Shown: positions 1 to 11,509 of the stretch, one piece after another | How the letters are laid out: each line of letters starts with the position of its first letter | How positions within the stretch are numbered: the stretch's first letter is position 1 | DNA from: Welwitschia mirabilis | Lineage: Eukaryota | NCBI GenBank assembly: GCA_051453625.1 | Contig: JBOZIK010000001.1 | Location: 46,988,346 to 47,008,345 of the forward strand | DNA: 20,000 nt | Reading direction: 5' to 3' | Program-made: the position numbers and the translations under genes | Notes under the pieces: model-generated | What the model saw: the letters and a program-made list of their open reading frames with translations, nothing else | The model's database searches: none | What the model was told of the DNA's origin: nothing

Positions 1-492
1 AAAATAGACTCTAAAAATAGCAAACACTAATAAATGTGGTAAACCCTAACAACCATATAAGACAGATGGAAAATGCTTGGTAAAGTTGAAGGAAGTGTTT
101 TTCTAGGTGTCATCCTACTAGTTATCTAGACGTCATAGGGGATAATGCCACATCATACATGTTCCACATCAACTGCCAAATTAGTCCAGTAAGTATCTTT
201 ATTGGTATGAATACTTTTATCATTAGTATAGTCATCCGGATGATGAGGTGGGTGATGGGCTTCATAAAGATGTTTTTTGTATCATATTAGCCTCTTTAAT
301 TACAGGATTGATGCTTCAGATAGGAAGTATTATAATTTGCTTTAAATGCTGTCAAATGTAATGGAGATTGCATGTTTTTATGATACTTATCTTAGCTCTC
401 CATTATCTTTGAAACTAAGCAAAAACCTATCTAATGTCCTACAAAAATAATTAAAATACCCTATCAAATATGTACAATTTGGTAGTGCAACA
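1..492 (-). repeat. 3' LTR of the outer element (partial; continues left of the window)
   Basis: Aligns by eye with ~19317-19822 (e.g. GAGATTGCATGTTTTT, AAAATACCCTATCA, TCCTACAAAA). Similarity stops at GTAGTGCAACA (492) / GTAGCACAACA (19822). Confidence 0.85.
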
Positions 493-1061
493 TAGTCATC
501 CACTTAGCCTTATCAGTCCTTAACAAAATTAGGTAAACAACCATAATTGTGAGCCAAATTAGCTAAAGATAAATCAATTAAGAAACTATGAAATCAACTC
601 AAAAATAATCTTAGGAATCTCAGAATGCACAAAACAAATGTTAAAAATAGATAATAAACATTGTACCTATGTAGTGTAAGTGGTCGTACTATCATCCTGG
701 TGGTCATTCGGATGATCGAGAGGATGACAGACTTAAAAATTAATCTTAAAAAGCATAATCTTATGAAAAACTTTTTCAAATAAATAAATATTAAAATGCA
801 TTGGTATTAACAACCCCTCCTCAAATGTACAGCATTTACTAAAAAAATAATCATGTATAACATAAGAAAAATCCTTACTGTAAAGTGCTAAAAGTGATAG
901 GTAAAATATATGCATAATATCCCAGCAATAAGAATGTACACCATGATGATACTCAGTAAATGATATGTCTATATAAATCATGAGTTTTCATACAATCCAC
1001 AAAGGAAAGATACATAACATAATATAATAGATCACTCCCCTCATCATGTTATAATGAACTC

Positions 1062-2284
1062 CTAATGCACAGCAGGCTCAGGTGCAGGTGGAGAAGAAGG
1101 AGGGTGCTTAAGATCTGTAGGGAAATGATGGTCAAATTATGTCATAATGGAGTGTACTATCTTATCTTCTTGTACTCTAATTACCTCTAAGAAGTTCACT
1201 GTCACATTGTGCTTGATACATGATATGTGCTAACACACATGAATCAACAGCTCCTCAGTGTGCTATCCTCTCCTCTTAACCGTGAAGATCCTTTACTCAA
1301 GTATGGTGATACATCAATCTATTGTCGCTCTAATGCTTTATGTCATCTCTAATAGAAGAGCCTAAATCTACTCAAAAATGATGTCAACCACAGATCTCTA
1401 TACCTAAACTCTCTCTACCTCTCCTAACATCTGAATTCTTATGTCCTATAGGTAACGAGTTAAAGTTTAAATATGTGTAAGTCTCTGCTCACCCATAGGC
1501 TTAGGTATATTGAAGCATCTAAACATGGATAAGAGGAGACAAGGACATCCTAGAGTCTATAGCTATCGTGCCTCGATCATACTCCTGAATCTCCTTCAAA
1601 TAAAGGTCAGTAGATCCATCTGCTCCTCTGCTTGAATAATGCTAACATTTGGAGGTGTACTATCATAACATGACTATCATGAAATAATAGACTGATGTTA
1701 CAAATTAGTTCTCTATGAATAATCCAATAGCCAGACAATAACTGTGTCACCAAAACTCCCTGCCTATCAATAGTCAAGTTAGCTGGAATATCTAAAACTG
1801 CACTATAACTACAGCTCTCCTTTATAATACTATCTAAATGGGTATGTGTACTCTTGATACCATTTAGATTAGTAATAGCATTAATATGATTTAGGAGAAT
1901 CATTATCTCATGGCCAGAAATGATAGCTACAATCATATCAACAACTTGGTTATGAACATCAAAACACCTTTCTATGTATATGGTATTGTAAAACTCTCTA
2001 GACTAAGAGATGTAATAAGCCTCCTTTACATCTATGATCTACTAGAGTTATAGATCTATCAACCTTTGATACACCTCTGCCTTTAGATGACTCATGAAGT
2101 CCTAAAAATGTCTCTCTACATGAATAGTAGCTATCTGAATCGAGAGAGACCTAGCCTCACGAGGTGAAGGGTGGACTGACTCTATCCACTAAACCTCCAG
2201 TGGTGTCAATGGTCTCATTTCTTGCTCTACTACCTTATCTTCTACCTTAGCCTAATTTGCTATATGTGTATGTGGCCTAATCAT
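1062..2284 (-). pseudogene. Athila env-like extra ORF (plant transposon protein, 'LVREFY' type), decayed
   Basis: From ATG at 2284 one frame reads MIRPH...IHVERHF*DFM...EAYYIS*SREFYNTIY...MIVAIISGHEIMILLNHINAITNL (includes the 1607-1936 ORF). It ends in a Pro-rich tail FPTDLKHPPSSPPAPEPAVH* at 1062, with at least one frameshift. The position between INT and the 3' LTR is as in Athila. Confidence 0.7.
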
Positions 2285-3149
2285 TTATAAATATGAAATG
2301 CATCATGCAAGGTTAAGTGGAGATAGCTAAAATGTGTCCCATGGAAGCTCGAAATGATCCCATAAATTGGTTTTTAATGTGTAAAAATCATAAAAATATG
2401 TCTTCCCCTCTTAAAAGTATCAATACATCCTGTATTACCTACTCATGTGAAGAAAAATGCAAAACATGAGAAAAAGTTGAAATGCATAAAAGTGGTGGAC
2501 CCCACATAACGTCAAAAATGAAAGTTCTTAAATCAAAAATCTAATTTAGTAGAATTATAGAGATTGTCATATTGATCAATTTACCCTAAAGGACCACTAC
2601 ATTGTGACTTATTATTTTTGAGAAAATAAGATTTAAAATTAAAAACCTAATTCCACCTTATAAAACATACAATTCAAGATATCTCACAAAATACATAGTG
2701 AAAATCAGATTCATAAGTACCAAATTGAAGATTATGAAAAATTGAATGGTATAGACAAGAACTACATGCTAAAAGCTCAAAAATAGAAGAAAAAAGTCAA
2801 AAATAATGAGGGAAAGAAAAATATTCCTCATTTTTCAAAATTCATTAAAAGTTTGTAATCTGAAATACTAATCTAGTGGGGGAAACTTTCAAGACATTAG
2901 TAAGTATAAAAGTAACTATTCTCTCTTAGAGGAAAAGATGAAAATAATAGAGAAATGAAAAAAATGAAGGAAAAAAATAGCCTATTTTTATCACATTATC
3001 ATCTAGTTGCATCGTCTAGACAATAGCCCTAGTATGACTCTCAGAAAAATCTTAGCTATTGTCCTCCATGTTGTTTAGACAACCATGTGGATGATAAGAC
3101 TTTGAAAAGTTTTAGAATAATGAAAATATTAGTTGAACAAGTTAGGCTC

Positions 3150-4080
3150 AGATATCAGCGTGACAAGATTAAGTTAATGAGAAGTACAATAAGAGTTATA
3201 ACACACATCAATAAGTAAAACACAAATTTTTCCGTACATAATTTTATAAGGTAAAAAACCAAGAGAATTATGCCAAGTAGTATGGTAAGTCTAAAGAACA
3301 TCGTTAAGCTCAGAAGCACAAGATTTCTTATTAACAAAAATAAGTTTTTGCAACATTTTCTTAATTTCGCTGTTTGCATTTTCAGCTTATCCATTAGTCT
3401 AAGGATGATAAGCATAAGCTACTCTATGTTCTATTCCAATGGACAAAAGAAGTTTTCTAAAAAGTTGACTAATAAAATAAGTTTTTTTAGTCACTAATAA
3501 TAATCTTAGGAAAATCAAATATCTAAAAAATATGAGTTTTAAGAAAATGAGGCATCATTCAAAGAAATAGGAATAGCTTTAGCCCATTTAATAATATAAT
3601 CTATAGCCACTAAAAATGTAATGTTTATCATGAAAAGGTGGGTCAACAATGCCTATAAAATTAATACCCTAACAATCAAAAGGTTCACATTTAATAATAG
3701 ATCTAAGAATCATCTCCTAAGCATGAATAAAGCTATCATAACACTGACAATAATAACACCTTCTGACAAAATCAAAAGAATCCTAAAAAAGGGTAGATCA
3801 ATAATAACCAGAATGAAGAATTTTCATAGCTATTTTTATCCATTAAAATGACCTCCACAAATACCACCATGATAAAGATGAAAGATTTTAAATTTTTCTC
3901 AATCAGGCATACATTTTCGCATAACTTGGTCTTTACATTTACAATATAAATGAGGCTCTATTCACTCATAGTCACCTATTCTATGTAGAAAATATTTGCA
4001 TTGATTATAATTCTAATGTTATGATGTTTTTGTTATAACAAGGTAATTAACAATATCCACATACCAAGGAGGATGATGAG
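3150..4080 (-). pseudogene. pol: Integrase of the outer element (decayed)
   Basis: Manual translation: PPWYVDIVNYL, CKDQVMRKC..LYHGGICGGHF (HHCC region), KWAKAI, AYHP*TNG*AENANSEIKKML, LGFLPYKIMYGKIC. Many stops and frameshifts. Confidence 0.85.
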
Positions 4081-4199
4081 TAGAAGATATAACAAAAAGT
4101 TACTCATCCGAAAAAGAATTATTAATGAAAGAATCATTAAGAGGAGAAGAAAGACAAGACAAATAATCAGCAACATAATTATGCTTCCTTGCTTTATTG

Positions 4200-5480
4200 A
4201 TGATGGTCGAACTAAATTCTTACATGAGGAGGATCAATCTAATCAATCTAGAACTAGAATCTTTTTTAGTCATAAGGTAACAAATAGCAACATGATTAGT
4301 ATAAACATTTGTATGACATTTGTATGAAAGCTTTAAAGATAATCTCTAAATGTATCAAGGCAAAAGATGATTGCTAACATTTCCTTCTCTGTAGTAGTGT
4401 AATTTATTTAAGTTCTAGACAGAGTTTTGCTATGGAAAGATATAACTTTAAAATCATTTTCATATTTTTGATAAAGTACCTGATCCATGACAAAATTACT
4501 AGCATCACATATCAATTCAAAATCTTTCTCTCAATCAGGTCACATTACAATAGAAGCATAAGAAAGTTTATGTTTAAGTCTATCAAAAGAAAGCTGACAA
4601 GATTCATTCTATTTAAATTTAGATTTTTTTTATAGTAACAAGTGAAGGGGTTTACAAATGTTTGCATAATTATGAATAAATCAATGATAAAAACCATAAT
4701 AACCAAGAAAAAATCTAACCTATTTTACATTAGTTGGAGAATTTAGGTTTTGAATAATATCAACCTTTTTAGGGCCCATCCTAATCCCATTTTTGAAATA
4801 TGATGAACTAAAACAATTTCACTTTCAACTAAAAATAATTTTTTTAAACTCAAATGTAGGCCACTAGAAATGCATCTATCAAGGAATTTCTCTAATATTT
4901 CTAAGATTTATTCAAAAGTTTCAGCATAAATAGATAAGTGATCCATAAAAATTTCTATCAAATCCTCTAATATATTAGAAAAAATATCCATCATAGGATG
5001 CTGAAAAGTACCAGAAGCATTACAAAGTCCAAAAGACATGCATCTAAAAGCAAAACTACCAAAAGGTAAAGTAAAAATAGTTTTAGCTTGGTCTTCACTA
5101 GCAATACAAACCTAATTGTAACCACTATATATGTCAAGAAAACAATAAAATGTATATCCCTAAATCCTATTAAGTATCTGATCAAGAAAAGTCAAGGATA
5201 GTGATCTTTTTTGGTTTCTTTATTTAATTTTCTAAAATCTATACACACCCTCCATTTCCCACCTCTCTTAGATGCTAATTTCAAAGGAATAACCCACTCA
5301 CTATTAGCTATGACATAAATGATTTCAACATCCATTAATTTTATGATTTCATCTTTAACAACTTGCTTAAGCACTAGATTAAGTCTATCTTGGGGTTGCC
5401 TAATAGGTTTTGCATTATCCTCAAGGTAGATTTTATGTTGAATAATTGAGGTAGGAATGACTGTCAAATCTTTATGGGAC
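4200..5480 (-). pseudogene. pol: Reverse transcriptase and RNase H of the outer element (decayed)
   Basis: ORF 5192-5467 (QHKIYLEDNAKPIRQPQDRLN...KWRVCIDFRKLNKETKKDHYP). Downstream remnants of MxFGLCNA, and the RNase H motifs CDASNF and NYTTTEKEMLAI. Confidence 0.92.
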
Positions 5481-6039
5481 TAAGAAAATGCATTTACCTT
5501 AGATTGAAAAAGAGAGATTAAGCTCGATTCTTGTTAAGGGAAAAGATTTTCATTAATGATCAAAGGTTTGTTTAGATCATTGTATAGAAAGATGTATTTC
5601 AGTTCACTAAGTAAAGATTTCATATTTAGATTTTTATTTTTTGTTAAATTTTTAGGAAAATCCATTATTGTCTCAAGTTGTCGTCTGGATGTTAATAGTG
5701 GACGACCACTCTTAAAATAAGAAATCTCAATTTTGCTTAGATCTCGGACTTCTACATAGTTCACAGACTCAGTTTTTTTACTCTACAGATCAAAATAATC
5801 AAATTCTAAATAGTCAAAATCAAGTTGATCTACATTGAAAATGTTTAAGTTGTCTACTTATAGTTGATCATCAAACAAAGTTGGTTTGTGAAGGATTGAC
5901 CATCTTTTTTCAAGTGGATGGTGCTGTAAAAATAAAGTTGGTTTCATTTCTTCTTTCACACTCAAATCATTACCTAAATATTTTTTAGCCGTATCAAACA
6001 CCCTTATTAAAGACTTCTTATTTCCTAAATAACACTCCA

Positions 6040-6343
6040 TAAAACCTGTTATTGTATCTATAATACACTAGGTTATTACATTAAAATCTCTACTTATAAG
6101 TAAAAGATAACCACCGTTATGTTCAACTACTATCATAACTACATCAATAGGGTAAAATTCTTCCTCAATATGAATGAATAAATCCTTAATTATGCCTTAG
6201 GATTTCTTAATAGATGTATCTGCCAATTCTACGACAATCCTTGTAGGCTCTATTCTATTTTCCAATCTAAGTAATTGAAAAATGTGCAAGGGCATAATGT
6301 TGATACTAGTTCAAATATTAATTAAGGATTTCTTAATCTGTCT
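6040..6343 (-). pseudogene. pol: C-terminal part of the outer element's aspartic protease
   Basis: Reads RQIKKSLINI*TSINIMPLHIFQLLRLENRIEPTRIVVELADTSIKKS*GIIKD, the decayed form of Athila ALxDLGASINxMP...LADRS. Confidence 0.85.
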
Positions 6344-6348
6344 ATCTT
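6344..6348. repeat. Left target-site duplication of the inner element (ATCTT; right copy ATTTC at 16276-16280)
   Basis: 5-mers directly abutting both LTR ends, 3/5 identical, both differences C/T. Removing the insert plus one copy restores the protease frame. Confidence 0.7.
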
Positions 6349-6764
6349 TGTAATGTTCCATTTTACTATTTTTCAATTACTTTGTATAAAATAGAAAATT
6401 TAAAATAATATGCCAAGATCCATATGAATAACAAGGAACAATTTAAAGAGAATAAGTATTTAATTATTAATAGCAGCAGATTACATTCTACATCATTAGC
6501 AAATAGCCTTGGACTAGTGGTTATGGGTAAAGACATGAATTATGATCTTACTCCCCCTCCAGGTATCCTTGGGGATCAGTCAAGATTGTCATTGGTTATA
6601 TCCACCTAGTATATCCACCCCACCTAATGCTATAGGCTTAAATTACATAATGAAGGAACACATCTTTTCATATTTAGGTCACATCCATTCACATATGTTG
6701 TTAATTATGCTTAATTAGCACTTAACACACTTAATTATATAATTAATGATTTTGGAACATTACA
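6349..6764 (-). repeat. 3' LTR of the inner chromovirus (416 bp)
   Basis: Starts TGTAATGTTCCA and ends TGGAACATTACA (perfect 12-bp terminal inverted repeat). About 80% identical to 15857-16275 by hand count. Confidence 0.95.
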
Positions 6765-6777
6765 TTCCCTCTTTTCT
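6765..6777 (-). other. Polypurine tract of the inner element
   Basis: Minus strand AGAAAAGAGGGAA immediately precedes the LTR start TGTAATG. Confidence 0.85.
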
Positions 6778-6949
6778 AGAAATCATGTTCATCCTTGAGA
6801 ACAGTCTCTCCTCAACTTACATCATTTCTGAATCCATGCTCCTCAGAGTTATTTTCTGTATCATCTACAAAACATAATAGAAAAGAACATATATCATTTA
6901 TTTAATAGTTACATTGATAATGCAACAAAAAATGGTAGATCAGGCTTAA

Positions 6950-7100
6950 TTAAAAAGTTTGGAAAAGGTCTCTTACGTGTACTCCCTGTTTTCTTATGTT
7001 TTTTAATCATAATGGATCCATTAAATAAGTACTTCTTTTATACTCTTATTTCTTAGTTGCCTGGATCTGGTACTTAGGATGTTTTCTAGCTAGAGGGCAA
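6950..7100 (-). pseudogene. Integrase C-terminal chromodomain (decayed)
   Basis: Reads ENILSTRSRQLRNKSIKEVLI*WIHYD*KT*ENRSTRKRPFPNFL, matching the ILD..LRNK.I..V.VQW..ATWE..P.LF pattern of Tekay-type chromodomains. Confidence 0.75.
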
Positions 7101-10100
7101 AAGTCAAATTGGATTTGAGCATGATATGTTACCAGTTCAAGATGTAGTCCTAGTTTCTATCTTAATGGTATGGTTTCATTATGCGCACATAAAAAACTGG
7201 ATGTATTTGGGACATTTGTGGAGGAAGCTCTAGTTTGTATGCTAGATTCCCAATCTTTTCAATAATCTTAAATGGACTATAGAACTGTGGTACTAATTTC
7301 TGTACTTTCCCATTTTCAAGGAGTTTCTTTTTGGCTTGATTCTTAGTAGTACTTGTTCACCTATTTGGAATATGCAGGACTGGTGCTTCTAATCGTAATA
7401 TTTCTTATATCTATGTTTTGCTACCTGTAGCTATCTTTTTATTTTATTTATTACTTCCTCCATCATCTTTAATTCTAAAGGCGCTATATTTTCTGATCTT
7501 TGTGAAGGATCTAACCATGTGATAGGGGTAGAATAGTTTTTACCATACATTGCTTTGAAGGGTAAATAGCAAATGGAAGTCTAAAGCGTTTGGTTATAAG
7601 TACAATTTGCCAAATATAGGTAGTTATCCCATTGTTTGGGCCTTCCTGCCACATGATACCTTAGAGTTTCTTCTAGTATATGATTTATTCTTTCTATTTG
7701 ATCATTTATTTCTGGGTGATATATAGTACTAAAACTGAGTTTGGTACCTAAGTGGTGGAAGAAGCTTTACCAAAACTCAGAGAAGAACTTTCGATTTCGA
7801 TCAAGTACTATAACCTATAGTGCATAATGTAATCTAAAGACTTCCTGTATAAAATGAAGGGCTAGCTCTTCTACTATATTAGTACTTTAAACTATGATAA
7901 AATGAACGATCTTGATTAACATGTCTACATAAATGAAAATTGCATCATGTTGTTTGTTAGTAAGGGGTAAATCGGTGATGAAGTCCATAGAAATCTCTTT
8001 CCATTTCCATTGTGGTATTCCCAATGGCTGAAGGAGACCAATGGGTCTTCCTTAATCGATCTTCATCTACTAACATATAGAATAATTACAGATGTATTAC
8101 TTTAAATCTACTTTCATTCTAGGCAAAAAGTAGGATTTCTATAATTGGTGGTAGTCTCTGACAAATTCTGGATGTCTTGCATATGTAACTTGATGTAGTT
8201 TAGACATTAGCTTTCTTCTCCATGGACCTAATGGAATGTATAGTCATCTTCTTTTTAGAAGGAATCCATTCTATGAGATCAGGTATATCTCTATTTCTTT
8301 TTCTTCTTGGACCTATTGATATATGTCTTTGAAGTGTGGATCATCAATCAAGGATGTTTTGAGAAAGGTGGATAAGTCAGATGTAACTATGATAGCTAAC
8401 ATACATTACATCTTGTTCAAAGCATTTTCTACTTTGTTTTCTTTACCAAGGTGTGTTATAACTTGAAGTCGTATTCTACTAGTAACTTACTCCATCTTCT
8501 CTGCCGCATATTTAAAATGGGTTAATTCTAGAAATCCTATCTAAGCTTTTATGATCTATTTTAAAAAGGAATTTGCTTCCCACAAGATAGTGCCTCTAAA
8601 CTTTCAAGGCATGCACTATGACTAACAATTTCAAATCATGTACGAGATAGTTTTCTCATGTTAGTTCAATTTCTGTCATTCATATGCAATCACCTAATCA
8701 TCTTAGCTAAGTATGACCCCTATTCCTCAAGTGGAAGCATCTATGGTGACTGTAAATGATTTGTTTATATCTATAATATTAAGGTCCTGTGATGTTATAA
8801 GTAGCAACTTTAATCTAAGAAATGCCTCCTTGCATTTGTCATCTAATTGAAATATATTTGTTGCTTTGGTTAAGTTTTTTAATAGTGCTGCAAGTTGAGA
8901 AAATCCTAAAACAAATTTTTAATAGAAGCTAGTCAATCCTAAGAAAATTTGTACTTGAGTGACATCCTTTAATTTTAGCCATTTCCTTATGACTTCTACT
9001 TTAGTCAGATCTATTGTTATTCCTCTACTAGAGATGATATGTCCTAAATAAGTGATTTCTATTTAAAAGAATTCACATTTGCTTAATTTTAGTTTAAATT
9101 TATACCTGGACAAGACCTGTAGAACTTTCTTCAAATGTGTCACATGATCATCATGGTTTTTAGAATATATTAGAATATCATCTAAAAATACAACCACAAA
9201 TTTATCCAAGTAAGGTCGAAAAACAGCATTCATTAAAATCATAAAAATGGCTGTAGTATTTGTTAAACGAAAAGGCATTACTATAAACTTGTAATGTCCA
9301 TATCTTGTTTTGAAAGCAGTCTTATAGACATATTCATCCTTGATGTGATTTGATGGTAGCTAGATTTTAAATTGATCTTTGAAAAGTACTTGGATCCTTG
9401 TAGTTGATCCAATAGATCATCGATTCATGGTAGTGAGTATCTATTCTTGATGTTTACTTTGTTGAGTTATCTGTAGTTAATTTAAAGCTACAAGGTATCA
9501 TCCTTCTTTTTAATAAAAAATATTTGTGCCCCCATGATAATACACTAGGGTACATCTTTCCTTCCAACAATAGCTATTCGATTTATAACTTTAGTTCTCT
9601 TAGTTCTACTACTGAGAAATGATAGGATGCTCTGGCTATTGACTGTGCTCTAGGGATTAAATCAATTGCATGCTATACTTTTTTCTTGGGCGGTGGTATT
9701 TTTGAATCTTCAAATACATCTGAGAATTCTTTTAGTTCTTCTAGTATAGAGTAATCTTCCTTATGATCTTCTGTCAGTACTAGAGCAATAAACACTTGTT
9801 TATTTTTGACAATTTTTGTGATTTGTTTAGGTGATGTTAAATATATCTTCTTACTCTTTCCCTCCCCTTTAAAGATTCATTTTCTGAATGAAGGAGATAG
9901 TTTCAAGGTTCTTTAGTGAAAGTTAATCTAAACATTATATTTAATTAAGAAAGGGATTCCTAAAATGACATGGTATTCTCTAATTTGAAAGACATAAAAC
10001 TTATCTCTAAGGTGTAAATCATGAATGGTAAAGTGATAAGGGCAGCAATCCCGTCTTATGTAAGAATACTATCCCCCTACAACTCCTATGGTAAACTCTT

Positions 10101-10250
10101 GTTCTTGAAACAGGTGATATTTAATTTGTAAAATAAAGATGTTGAAATGAAATTCTGTGATGCACTACTATTAACGAGGAATAAAATAGAAAAATATAAA
10201 ATATAACTACATAATTCTAAGATGGAGTGTTGATTATGAATTGTACCTAT
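7100..10250 (-). pseudogene. pol: pol (PR-RT-RH-INT) of the inner chromovirus, decayed
   Basis: PR LFLVNSSASQNFIS (~10140-10190). [41 protein letters not shown] (9063-9278). RH TIDAST..GVIL. INT GLLQPLGIPQWKWKEISMDFITDLP, FSTIYHPEINDQIERINHILEETLR, IGNLAYKLELPPQMSQIHPVF. Confidence 0.93.
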
Positions 10251-10299
10251 TTGAATGATAGCATAGACTCTTTTGAATGGCATGGACTGACTTTAAAGA

Positions 10300-11350
10300 G
10301 CTTGAGGCTGATTGTGCTGAGGAACATTTGGTGGTTGTGCTTTGGATGGACAGTTCCTGGTAATTGGACCTCTCATGTGGCACTCATGGCAAGTAAGATT
10401 AGTTCTATATGGCTTTCTTGCTGGTGGTGTGATTGAAGGAGGGTGCCTATCTCCTTAGTATAGTTGATCTATCCATCTATTTTCTTATCCTTGGAGATAG
10501 TGCCTTATTTTTTAATATGCATCTTCTATGGACTTGATTTCCAAAGTGCATAGAATGCTTTAAAGTTTGAGTGACAATGTTTCAATAAAACTGTTAATAA
10601 GCTACTTCTCTATAAAATTCTTTTGGTACTCCATGAGGCACTGGAATTTATATCAATGTTCATCTAATGGGTGTTTACCCCAGCGTGGGCACTAAAACTC
10701 CACCATTTAATCTTCAATAAAATCTTCTAAAATGAACTTCTTTTAAATTCTTCAGTGAAGGTATCCCATGATATCCTACATGAGTGTTTCTATTGATATC
10801 TGAACCACCATTCCTGTGTGTTTATGATACCATATACATCTATCTTTTTAGAGGTATATTTTGAAGTTCGAAATAATTCTCCAATTTTTGGATCTAAGAT
10901 ATGGCTTCCTCACTTATTCTAGCCTTGCCTTCAAAGGTCTTTAAGTGTATCATCTTTGCAATTTCCTCTCTTTCACATTGTTTAATATTGGGATGGTTAG
11001 ATCTATTTGTCAGGAAAACTTAAAGGTTGGCCTATGTATTTAATAATCTTATTTGAATGTTTTGGATGTCAATATCAGCTGTAAGAATATGCTATCCTGA
11101 TGTAGATGATGGTTCTTGAGATGCCCTCGGATTGTGTTCTATAGGTCTTTTTTCTAGGCGAGAAAGAAGGCTATTAGTCCTACTAGTTAGATGTTCATTT
11201 TGAGAGTGGATATGATTAATTTGGCCTTCTAGTGACTCAATTTGCTCATTGACCCTATGTTTCATGATGTGCTAGTGGGTTCAATGTCCTCTTGAACTCA
11301 TACACCTCTGCCTTATTCTATAAGTATTCTCTCTCTGCCTTTTCTCCTTT
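10300..11350 (-). pseudogene. gag: gag of the inner chromovirus, decayed (start approximate)
   Basis: TFEGKARISEEAIS*IQKLENYFELQ, TQEWW...ISWDTFTEEFKKKF, and a zinc-knuckle remnant CHECHMRGPITRNC (~10351-10392). Confidence 0.8.
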
Positions 11351-11509
11351 AGTGGTAATGTGTTTTTTTAGTATTGTTGGTGGTAGTTAGGGACTTGTAA
11401 CCACCTAGTAGTTAAGAAAATAGTTAGAGAAAACAATTTCTAGCAGTTATCATAAGAACCTTGCTAACATGAATAACAACTACCAAAGAGAATCTATGCG
11501 TTGCTAGGC

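Noticed and set aside
594-981. Hydrophobic short minus-strand ORFs (also 19044-19328 and plus-strand 6424-6609)
   Set aside because: Chance ORFs in AT-rich UTR or LTR sequence. The 6424 ORF lies within an LTR and the other LTR copy gives no matching ORF in the track.
3270-4635. Plus-strand ORFs at 3270, 3621, 4073 and 4432
   Set aside because: Antisense shadows of the minus-strand integrase/RNase H; no recognisable motifs.
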